Below, in pieces: positions 11,650 to 22,427 of a stretch of DNA of 64,000 nucleotides. The stretch is from Camelus ferus (Eukaryota). The position numbers and the translations under genes were made by a program. Location of the stretch: positions 50,904,001 through 50,968,000 of the forward strand of contig NC_045696.1 of NCBI RefSeq assembly GCF_009834535.1, read 5' to 3'. A model generated the notes under the pieces. That model worked only from the letters and a program-made list of their open reading frames with translations. It did no database searches and was not told the origin of the DNA. The stretch's first letter is position 1. Each line of letters opens with the position of its first letter.

Positions 11650-13520
11650 CTTCCAAATTGCTAAAATTATTGGTCCCTTATTTCTCAGGCCCCTTCCATC
11701 TCTAGAGACTCCACTCCTAGAGGCTCTCCACTCCCTTGGCTTCCATGACACTATTTCTCCTGGTTTCTCTCCTATTCTTTTCCCCTTCTCTTTGCAGGCT
11801 CTGTTGGTCCCTCCTCACATACTATACAATCAAGATCTTCACTCGGTTCTATCCCAGTCCACTTTTCTTTCTATTGGACACCCTCTCTCTTCATCCAATA
11901 ATTGTTTTTGAGAGACTGCCACATGCCAGGCACTGGCCAGGCACTGGCCAGGCACTGGAGATTCAATAGTAAACAAGTCTAATATGGTGTCAGCTCTCAT
12001 GGAACTTACTTTCTAGATCACCAAGGGGGAGTTTACATCTTCCCTTAGTGAACTCACCTACTCCCTTGAGCAAAGCTATCAATGCACTGGGCACACAAAC
12101 ACACTGTGAAAATGAGTCCCAAATCAAGGATTCACACCTTTCCTCAAAACACCTAATGCTCATTTCCAACTGGCTTCTGTGCACATCCCCCAAATATCTC
12201 AAATACAGTATGACCAATATATAGCTTAGTACCCACACCCCCTCTCCACCAATCTCTAGTTCTTAATGTATAATCTGCTTGCTCAGTAGATGTCTGCTGA
12301 ATGACACTGAACTACAGAGTTACCATCCTTCTAGTTGCTCCAGTTTAAAATCTTAGCATCACCTTTTCTTCTTTCCTGTGAATCTATTCATTCTTTCCCT
12401 GAAATATCTCTCTCATGTCTCTTCTTCATCTCTACCGAGAATGTTTTTGTCCAAGTTCTCTTTATTTCTCCTAATTGATCTTCCTTTCACTCATTTCCTC
12501 ACCCACTTCATCATCGGTCTATTATTTCAACAGGTATTTTGAAAGCACCTGCCAAGAGCCAGGCACCAGATACAGCAAGAAAGTAGAATACTCTGCACCC
12601 TCACAGAGCTTAGAGTCTGTCCCACCACAGTTAAATGAGTAATTGCAATAAAAGGCTAATGTAGGAAGTAAATTCAGGGTCACAGAAATACCTAACTTAC
12701 TCTACACAGTGAGAAAATGCCACCTCCTCCCTCTAATTCCCCTAAAAATGTTTAAGCTGAACTATGAATAAAAGAATTTGGGGAAAGCAGCTCCAGGTAG
12801 GGGGAAAGGTATTTACAAAGGGTTTGAGAGGTTCAGTTTGACTAACAAAGATTTGAGAGGATAAGAGGCTAGAAAGAGGATAAAAAAGAAAGGCAGAGGC
12901 CAGATCATGGCCTTGTGAGCCACAGCAATTTGAACACTATCCTAAAGACCTATAGCAAGCCACTGAGGGACTTTACCCAAGGTCAGTTAGGATGTGATTT
13001 AGCAAATCCACTCTGGCTAATGAAAAGTTGATCACAGGGAAACAAGACATCTTTCCAAACACTGTCCCGTCAGTCAATCCTACCCAGACATATGGATAGA
13101 GTATAACTCTCAACACTTTCCTTCATTCCTCAAAAGATTTTAATGGCTCTCCCCTGCAGAGAGGAATGCAACTCGGCTAGGCACTCAGGCCCTCTCCTCC
13201 CTCCTTGTAACCCAGCTGCCCTTTCTTTCTAGCCTTTTCTCCTCTTATATCTCCCACACATCCTAAAACACAGCTCTCGCCCTCACATACAGTTCCAGCC
13301 ATTCCTTACGCTCTGCTTGGAACACCTCTCAAATTTCCACTCCCTTCACGGAGTTAACTCCCACTCACTCCTCAAAATTCACTCAAGCGGCCCCTCCTGA
13401 TAAATCCTTTCCTAACCATCAAACCGACTCAAATGACCCTCCCTGTCCCCAAGTACCTGGGTAGTTTGTCTCTCCTGCTGGACTGGAAATTCCTTGAAAG
13501 CTACACGAGGATACCCCCAT
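11650..13520. mobile_element. Fragmented L2 remnants in both orientations
   Basis: L2 motifs such as CTTGGCTTCCATGACACTATTTCTCCTGGTTTCTC and TGCCAGGCACTG...CTCTCATGGAACTTACTTTCTAG. Confidence 0.6.
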
Positions 13521-13539
13521 TTCTAGCTCTGTGCAGAAG

Positions 13540-14080
13540 CTCCCAAAAGCGCTGCGCACGATGCTCCTAGAGGAAGCGAGCTAGGCACAAACACACGCGC
13601 AGACACGCATCCTGACACGCACAGACACTCGCAAAGCGGAGTCGCGAGTGCACTTTCTGTAGTGAGGCTCCTCAACCCAGGCGCCTGGATCCCTAGGAAA
13701 CAGAAAGGAAGACGCCACCACCGTTCTCCCCGCCCTGTAGCCTCGGTCCCTTAGACTCGGCGGGTCTGCGGGTGCAGGCCTCCGTCCCGTAACCACAACC
13801 TGCCTTGCTGCTTCCCGGCTGCTGCGTCCACCACGACTAAAACCTCCGGCTTCAGAACCGCCCGGCCCGCCACAAGTCAAGGCAGCCTCCGCTTCCGGGA
13901 TGTTGCCTAGGTTACCGGAGCCCCGCCCCATTCCCGCGCGTATATCCGCTGAGGCCAGTGCGCAGGCGCCTCCCAAAGTCTGGTTTGGCCTGTGGCCTAA
14001 GGGATTAAAAGGCTTTGATGTATCCGGCTTTGATATGTAATGCTTTGGCCTGTCTGTGCCGTCGGCAGGGCTCCGGGCAA
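13540..14080 (-). promoter_or_regulatory. SPICE1: SPICE1 CpG-island promoter with RFX X-box, ETS, GC box, E2F-like and NRF1-like motifs
   Basis: CpG-dense island. CTTCCGG 13892-13898; GTTGCCTAGGTTAC 13902-13915; CCCCGCCC 13921-13928; TTCCCGC 13931-13937; TGCGCAGGCGC 13959-13969. Confidence 0.85.
13800..13900 (-). other. SPICE1: Probable SPICE1 non-coding exon 1; 5' end approximate
   Basis: Lies in the CpG island upstream of the ATG exon. Candidate donor GGCAG|gttgtg at 13800/13799. A 5' exon is required because the ATG exon begins at a splice acceptor. Confidence 0.6.
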
Positions 14081-15242
14081 AACTGTGGAGGATAAGTGTG
14101 TAGCATTAGGCAGCATCTTGTGAATTCTCGAAAAGATGTGGTTCTCCACAGCAAGTTTCACATAGCACACTTACTTGCTTTCACCTCTGCTTATTCAAAA
14201 ATGTTTACCACCTACCAAAGTGCCAGAGATTGTTAAATTCAGTGGGATCTAAAAATAGGCAAAGTCCGTCCTCAGGAAGCTTATTCTATAGTAGCAAACA
14301 GCTATTAAAGATATAAATGTAAAATTAAGACTGACAGGTGCTGAGGAGTAGGCGTACTGACCAGACACTAAGCTTATAGGAATATTTGAATTACCAGAAA
14401 AGCTGAAAAGCAAGGATGAGTAAGCTACTAAGGAAGAGTAGAGCATTCCTGCAGAGGGAGTCACATATGCAAAGGTGTGTGGCAAGTGCAAGGACATTGA
14501 AGAAATCCATTTTGTCTGGAGTTGAGAGAGCAGTGGGAGCTTGGTATAAGGAAGGCTGCCCTAGCTGGGTGGAGCCAAGACAGGCAAAGCTGTGTAGCCC
14601 ATATTAAGAATTTTAAAAAGCACTTCATTGGAAAACAGTTAATTTGCTCCAGTAACACAACCTCCTTTAGCTCTTAGTTTTGTACTGTTAAGACACACTC
14701 ATCCACGGATCAGCAAATACAATATTCAACATCTTCTAGATGCAAAGAACTGCCTTCTAATATTTTCCACTCTGGTTGAGGAGGTTAGATGTAGTTATAT
14801 TTAATGATCTATCAATATAATCAATATAATCCTGCATACATCCTCAACTCCCTGCCCTTCTCTGAGTTACGGTAAACTTGGCAAAAACCACAATCCTGGC
14901 TATTTCAACACTGTATTTACTAAGTGCCTGCACCCTTACAGCTGAAACTGGAAGGAGAAAAACACTTAACCATGCTGACTTTAAATTCATGATCACCAAT
15001 TTTAAGTGGGCCTTTAAAGATGACTGAAGACCGTATTACAATTCTCTGATCCATTAATTCTCCTACCCTCCTATGTGACAACTTTATACCTTCTCTCATG
15101 CTCAGTATCTCTTCCTCTGTCCTCAGCCTCAACCAGTGACCTTGCTTCCTACTTTATTGACAACACTGAAGCAATCTGAATAGAACTTTCATAAGCTTCC
15201 ATCACTAATTCAATCCTCCGTCAGCATTTTTACCCACAAACC

Positions 15243-18200
15243 TGACTTCCAGAAGCTCAACAAAATCCAAACACAAAAAACATGAAGAATATTACATCAA
15301 GATACATAATTAATTGCTCAGAACCAGTAATAAAAAAAAAAAATCTTTAAAGCAGCCAGAAAGAAGGCATTACAGAGTAGCAATCATATTTCTCATTAGA
15401 AACACAGAAAAAAAAAAACAGTAGAAAATCTTAAATGCATTAAAAGAAAAAAAAATCTGCCAACCTACAATTCTATATCTGTCAAAAACATCTTTCAAAA
15501 ATGAGGATGAAATAAAGATGCTTCCACACGTAACTGACAGAACTTATGACCAGCAGACCCCCAACTAAGAGAAATGTTAAAGTAGTCACTTGAAGCAGAA
15601 GGAAAATGATACCTGATGGAAATCTGGGTCTACATGATGAAAAGCACTGGAAAAGCTACAGGAGTAAATATATGAAAGTATGTTTCTAGTTCTTTAAATC
15701 TCTATAAAAGATAATTGAATACTTAAATATAATAAAATGTACTATAAGGCTTATATTACATGTAAAAGTAAAATGCATGGCAACAGTAACATAAAGGCCA
15801 GAGGAAGCATATTACTGTAAGGCTCTTATACTATTCCTGATGTGTTATAAAATTACTTGAAGGTAGAAGAAAATTATTTGAAGGTAGACTGTGGTAAGTT
15901 AAAGATGTATACGATAAACCCTAAAGCTGTCACTAAAGTAATGAGTTAGAGCTAAAAGAGATGATATCTATAAAAAGAGATACTAGGATCCACTTGGTGA
16001 CCTGAGAGTGAAGCTACAAGAGTGGACTTCTCTTCAGACAACCAAGCCTACCTCAAGACACCAGGCTGGAGAGAGGCATTTCTGTGGTGTTCTGATCACA
16101 CATTTATGGAGTTTCTGAAGGGCAGTGGAGAGTACTGCCATTCACAGCAGACCTCTGTGCAGACAGGTGAACAGTAGAAATTCGTTACTACTCCACCAAG
16201 AAGCCCCCAGAAGAGTGGCTAACCTGGACATAGAAGTGTTGAATTGAAATCCACAGAGCATTTTTTACAAGAGTTCTTACCTGGGTGGGGTAATCCTCAG
16301 TGCACTTTCTTTCTATTGCCTCAGTATTACTGGATTAAAGAATAGCTGCTTCTTATTAGAAGATTCATTTCATTTTCCATTACTTCCAACTTTATACTCA
16401 GAAGCACTGAGAATTTCAAATGGAGTATATTGAAGTAGGCTCAGTTTCTTTGCATCATTTCTGTATTCAATCTTTTTAATTCTTTCATAATCCTACTGAG
16501 TGTTTTTTAACTAAATTAACATAGCTCAAATGAACTGCCCAGCTCCTGTGGAAGTCACATACAAGAACATGAGATTTCCTATTACACACAACTAATGTGA
16601 CCTTAAACAAATGTATGGAGGAACCTAAGTATGGAGTTACACAATAATAAGGGTATGTGAAGCAACTTATGACACTACTCTTGTGGAGAAAGAAGGCAGC
16701 CAGTTCTCAACTGGGCTTTTGGTGATGGTGCACCACCATCTAACCAGATTGTTGATGATTATTAAGTCTTGTGAAAATTCAGTTTCATGAAGACCCTTGT
16801 TATATTGCTGTTCATTGAGTTGCAGGCCTTGGGAGAGCTCCAGTGCTTGTCGCCCTAGCATTAATTGAAGGTGGAATGAAATATGAAGATGCAGTATAGT
16901 TCGTAAGACAAAAATAGTGTGGCACTTTTAACAGCAAGCAGCTTTTGTATTTGGAGAAGTATCGTCCTAAAAATGTGGCTGCACTTTAAAGACTCCAATG
17001 GTCATAGAAACAATTGTTGCATTCAGTAAAACTGGGGTGCCTGATGCCATTGCCTTGAAGTGGAACTTGAGATGGGACTGAATTTGTCATACATATTAGC
17101 CAACACGTTGGCTTGATGAAAAGTCTACTGAAGCTTCCATAGGAGTGTTGAAAAGCAGTTTTACCAGACCACAAGCCTGGCAGAATTACAGCCTCTATGT
17201 TTGGGTTATGATCAATCTATTTGGACACTTAGCAAAAGATTCTTGCTGTTCAGCATTTTAAGTGTGCTTATCATTTGTATCAACTGACCGTTCCTGAAAT
17301 CACACAGTATTAAGTTGTCTTTAAATCTGTTCCCATGCCAGAGTCTTATCAACATGTAAGAAATTTAGAAAGATTAGGTGCCAAAATACCCAGCACAATA
17401 CTTGTATATTGTTAGTATCATGTAGAACTAAAATCCCAGGAACTCTGGACACTCTGGACCTTCTGTGGTTTCTTCCTTCCATCATTTCACACATAAAAAG
17501 TATGGCCTGTATGGTTATTTGCTCACAGTATGTTTACATCTCCCACATTCATACCAGTGTACATCAGATTTGCTCCTTTTTTCTTTTTATTAACCAAGTC
17601 TTACTACGATTATTTAATGTCTTTCTATAAATCTCCTTTGCACTGTTATGAAAAACATTCATTTGAAAAATCTACATTGTATAGAAGCACATGTCTCCAG
17701 ATAAAAAATCCTTACAGTTAATTTTATTGTTTGCACTTCAGGGTGCAACTTACAGGAAGGGCCTGAAAAAAGAGTGGGAGGAGGCTATTAAGTATTTTTA
17801 GTAAAATGTTGCCTTTGTCTTGTGCAGAACATGTAGAACATGCACTTTAATTTAGTAAATATTTTTAAAAGGTAGAAATATTTTGTTATTGTAGCTAAAA
17901 CAATTCTTAATCATAAAATTTCTGAAACTCTTGTAATCCTTTTTCATACTTATCTGAAGTTGTTTACCAACATATTTTTGTTTGAAGTGTGATTACCAAC
18001 CTCTCTTGCAAAAAAAAAAAAAGTGAATTTCTGCTAATGAATTAAGCAGACATTAATATTCTATATGCATTTTGGGCTATGTAACTTAATATTTGGATAC
18101 TTGACAATTTGTTTTATTATGTAATTGATAAAATGGTGATGTGTGTTAACAAGACTGCAACCATATAATTTATACTGTCTGGGAACATACAGTTATAGTT

Positions 18201-20270
18201 TTGTGGGAGAAATAGTTTATCAGTGTTCACCAGCTTGTAAAAATCTAGTGCAAGAGCTTAAATATCAAATAAATAATGAAATGCAAAAAAAAAAGAGATA
18301 TTGTAAAAGAGATAAAAAATACTTGATTGATCTAAAAGTAGGCAGAAAAATGCAAAACAGGAAACAAGGAACAAATGAGAGAAGTAGAAAACAAATAACA
18401 AGATGATAGACACATATCAATTATTGCATTAAGTGTAAATGGTCTAAACACTTCAATTAAAAAGTAGAGTTTGTCAGATTGGATTTTTTTAATTGCTGCC
18501 TATAAGAAGAAATACACACTTAATATAAAAACGCAAGTAAGTGTACAAAGATGGAGAAAGATATATCATTCTAACACTAATCAAAAGAAAGCTGGAGTGA
18601 CTTAATTAATATTAGACGAAATAGATTTCAGAGCAAAGAATATTACCAAGGGTAAATACAATCATTTTATGATAGTAAAGGAGCCATTAAATTAAAAAAT
18701 ATATAACAATTCTAAACATTTATGCCCCTAATAAGAGAGCTTCAAAATAAATGAAGCAAAAATTGATAGAACTGCAACGTGAAATAAAGTCAGAAATTTC
18801 AGTGGCCTTCCCTGAACAACTACAATACAAGTAGGTAGAGAATCAGCAAGGCTATAACAGGCTTGAACAACATTATCAACCATCTTGACCTGATTCACAT
18901 TTATAGACTACTACTACAACAACCAGCAGAATACACGTGCTTCTCAAATAGATATAGAATTTTTAGCAATAATCTAAACCATAAAGCAAGTGTCAATAAA
19001 TCTAAAAGGATAAAGTCATACTAGGTATGTTCTCTGACCATAGTATAATTAAATTAGAAATCAATAACATAATGATCCTTGGCAAATTCCTCAAAATTTG
19101 GGGGAGGAAATACAGTTTTAAATAAGCCATCAAATAAGAAATCAGAACAGAAAATAGAATATATTTTGAACTGAATAGAAATGAAAATACAGAATATCAA
19201 AATTTATGGAATATAATTGAGATAGTACTTTAAGAGACTTGTAGCAACACCTATATTAGAAAAGAAAGTCTCAAATCAGTGAGCTTAGCTTCTGCCTTCA
19301 GAAATTAGACAGAGTAAGTTAAATCCAAAGTAAGAAGAAAGGAAAGAATAAAGATTAAAGCCGAATCAATAAAATAGAAAAGCAAAAACCAATGAAACTA
19401 ACGGCTGAATCTTTGAGTAGATTAATTAAAACTGATGAACTTATAAACAAATTGATTAGGGGAAAAATTACATATAAATTACCAGTATCAGAAATGACAG
19501 AGGTGACAGATTCTACAAATACTTAAAGAATAATATAATACTTTGACCCTTAGTGCAGTAATTTTAACATTGTAGAAAAAATGGACAAATTCCTTGCAAG
19601 ACATAGATTACCAAAGCTTTCTCAAGAAAAAAAAATGTGGATAATTTGAATAGCCCTATATCTATTAAGGAAATTAAAACTGCAATTTAAAAACACCTTA
19701 CCACAAAGAAAACTACAGGCCTAGATGGCTTCACTGATGAATTCTATCAAACATTTGGGGAAGAAATATTAACAATCCTATATACACTCTTTCAAAATAT
19801 TGAAGAGAAGGGAACACTTCCCAACTCACTCTGTGAGGCCGGCATTACCCTGATAGCTAAAGCAGAGAGAGGCATTACAAGAAAAGAAAATTACAGACCA
19901 ACATCCCTCATGATTTCAGATGCAAAAATTCTAAGCAAAATTTTCATAAAACTCATTTAACAAAATAACTATGCTGAATGAAAGAAGCCAAACAAACAAA
20001 CAAAAAAGGGCACTTACTGCATGAGTCCATTCATAAAAGTCTCTAGAAAATGAAAGTTAATGTAGTAACAGAAAACAGACCACTGGTTGCCTGGGAATGC
20101 AAAAGAAGCAGGGAAGTAGGAGAGAGGTTTAAAGGAGGAAGAAAACTTCAGAGGATGCTGGATATACAGAGGATGGTTTCACAGGTATGTGTGTCTATAA
20201 CACAGGTGAAATACATGCTTTAAATATGTGAAGTTTGTTGTGTGTCAGTTACACCTCAAAAAAGCTGTTT
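15243..20270 (+). mobile_element. Old L1 (ORF1 end, ORF2 endonuclease region, internally deleted, 3' UTR) split by the PTP4A1 retrocopy
   Basis: L1-like sequence at 15243-15971 resumes at 18301 (TAAGTGTAAATGGTCTAAACAC; CCTAGATGGCTTCACTGATGAATTCTATCAAACATTT) and jumps to a 3' UTR near 19965. Confidence 0.8.
15985..18289 (+). pseudogene. PTP4A1: Processed pseudogene of PTP4A1 (PRL-1 phosphatase) with 5' UTR, CDS remnant 16521-17029, 3' UTR and poly(A)
   Basis: Intronless. Translates in pieces to PAPVEVTYKNMRF, RVCEATYDTTLVEKEG, VAGLGRAPVLVALALIEGGMKYEDAV and KDSNGHRNNCCIQ*. Start codon is ATA (16521); stops at 16816, 16897, 16915; several indels. AATAAA 18268-18273, A-tail from 18285, TSD AAAAAGAGATA at 15972-15982 / 18290-18300. 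Confidence 0.95.
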
Positions 20271-22068
20271 ATTTAGCTTTCTCTGGGTGGTCCAGATATG
20301 AGCCAGATAAGCTCCCCAAGCCATAAGACCCCCCATTTCTGCTTAGCCCACCTCCAATTTCCCCATTCCAAATTCTAATCCGAGTATTTCTGAAGTCTTC
20401 CCTTCACTATAAAGCTTTTCTACTCCCCTCTTTTCTTTGAGTCTCTGCCAAATGCAAGTGATGGAGGATGATCCTTCCTGTATCATGCTCTGAATAAGTA
20501 GCCTCTGTTTATTCTCAAGTCGATAGTCTTTGTTTCCACAACTGCTTATATTTTTCATGACATTGATTGTTTTTAATATGGGGAAGATTTGTCTCGAGTA
20601 TTACTATGAAAAGAATCATACTTTTCGTAAATTTTGATTTTTGAGATGTAAAAATACCTTAACTGGGATATAAATCTTATGGATCTCTTGTTGGTTGTGG
20701 GGAGCAAAATATAGGGAAGCTGGCCATCATAACCGAATCATGACTATTCTGGGCTGATTGTTGCAGAGGTCACGGTTTGGCTTCCTGGACTGATTACTAC
20801 AGAGATTGTGGGTCAAGTTCTGTTGTTATATATCATCTGCCATTGTCTGTTTGAATATTCAGTCCCAGACCCCACCATAACTAGCAAACAAGAAACCAAG
20901 AGCGATGCAATTGTCTACCACTGCTCATGCCAATGAGTTGAGACTGGTATTCCTTCTAGATCTTATGTGGTATCATTCATAACTTCTGCCAGAGTTAATG
21001 ATAAATTTGTCTTACAGTCTTTTCTATTTGTATAATTCTCACCATTGAGAAAACTGCTTTGATTGTTAGGATAAACAATGAGTCAGCAACTCCTCCACGT
21101 AGAGTACCTAAACAATCAAGGGTGGTCTTCAGAATTTCCATCCTTGGTGGTTTATAGAACTAGAGTATCAATGTATAAACAAGTCTTTGGATAGTATTAC
21201 TAATATGCATAAAGTCTTAGTCTGAGGCAAACAAGACTACGTGTTCTGGCTGCAAAAGAAGTAGTAGCCTTTAGGGGCCCTTGGAGATCAAGCAAAAAGA
21301 TTTTATAATATGAAGTCTGAACCAAGAACTTATATGGTTGGATCTCTCTTAGTCTCTTCAAGATGGCAAGTATTTGGCCCGCCACCCTACAAAGGTTGTT
21401 GAATTCAAATTTAGAATTACCAGGGGGTCTGATCAATAGATTGTAATAACTGATTCTTTTTCTGGGAGAAGGGAAATTAGCAAAGTCATGAGTTAATGCG
21501 TTTAAGGTAATTTGTCCATGGAGGTGCAAGTGGAATGCCCATGGCTATAATTCTCTATGATCTCATTTGATGAGACTAGGATAGACTATAGGTTTTCATC
21601 GTGGGGATTCAATGATAGATAGAATATCAAATAGTAAGACTGAGGGCAGAGGGTACTATCTGGAACAATCTAAGAATAGTGTTACAATGAGTATGTTCTG
21701 ATCGAACAATTATAAGAAACAGCGGGGGAAAGGAGAGAAGGGACCATTATGGATAGAAAACATCAGTGATCTATATAGCAAATGAAAAGGGGAATGACTG
21801 TAAGCAGGTCAAAAATAAAATAGGAATTAGATAGGGGTCCTGGTGCAATGTCTTAGTTGGAAGCTGTCCATTTTCTAAGCCTGTGTCCTTGTTCCAAAGG
21901 TCTTGGGTCAACTGTTTCCAAAGATCAGCTACTTCTAGAGAATCTGTGACAATCCTCAGCTTGAAGTCCCCTATTGGAGTAGCTGTCCAGTTATATGAAA
22001 CTCAGTTGTTTCTTTAGCTGTGTTAAGTCAAAAGTTGACTTGCTGAAGTTTCACTAATAAATTTGTTG

Positions 22069-22427
22069 TGTTAAAAATGATTAAAGAAGACAATTCAGGT
22101 GACAAGCTTTATTTAACATTTCATGAAGTAGTCTCCTTTTGGAGAACTGCAAAGTGAAGTAGAAGGAAGGAAGCTTTTATAGGATAAAGAATAAAGAACA
22201 AAAAAGAGAAAAATAGAAAATATCTGATTGGCTGGGGCAACATAGTCAACCATGTTTGGATAAGAAGGCCGAGAGTTGGCTTGCATTTGAGGATTGATTG
22301 AATGACTAAGATATTTCTGGTCAAGTAGAGCATTTGCAGGGACGCAAAATTATCCAAGCTTTGGTTCATGATTGTGGCACCCTAGACAGAAGTGACTCCA
22401 ACTTGGGCCTAGAAAGGTATTACAACA
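22069..22427 (-). mobile_element. Solo ERV1-type LTR nested in the proviral integrase C-terminus
   Basis: TGTT...AACA termini and 4-bp TSD GTTG (22065-22068 / 22428-22431). The integrase reading WKGPSYVLLTT|NLLVKLQ continues across it. Confidence 0.85.

Noticed and set aside
13581..13976. 131-aa minus-strand ORF in the SPICE1 CpG island
   Set aside because: Stop-poor GC-rich sequence with no recognisable protein; the SPICE1 start is at 7553.
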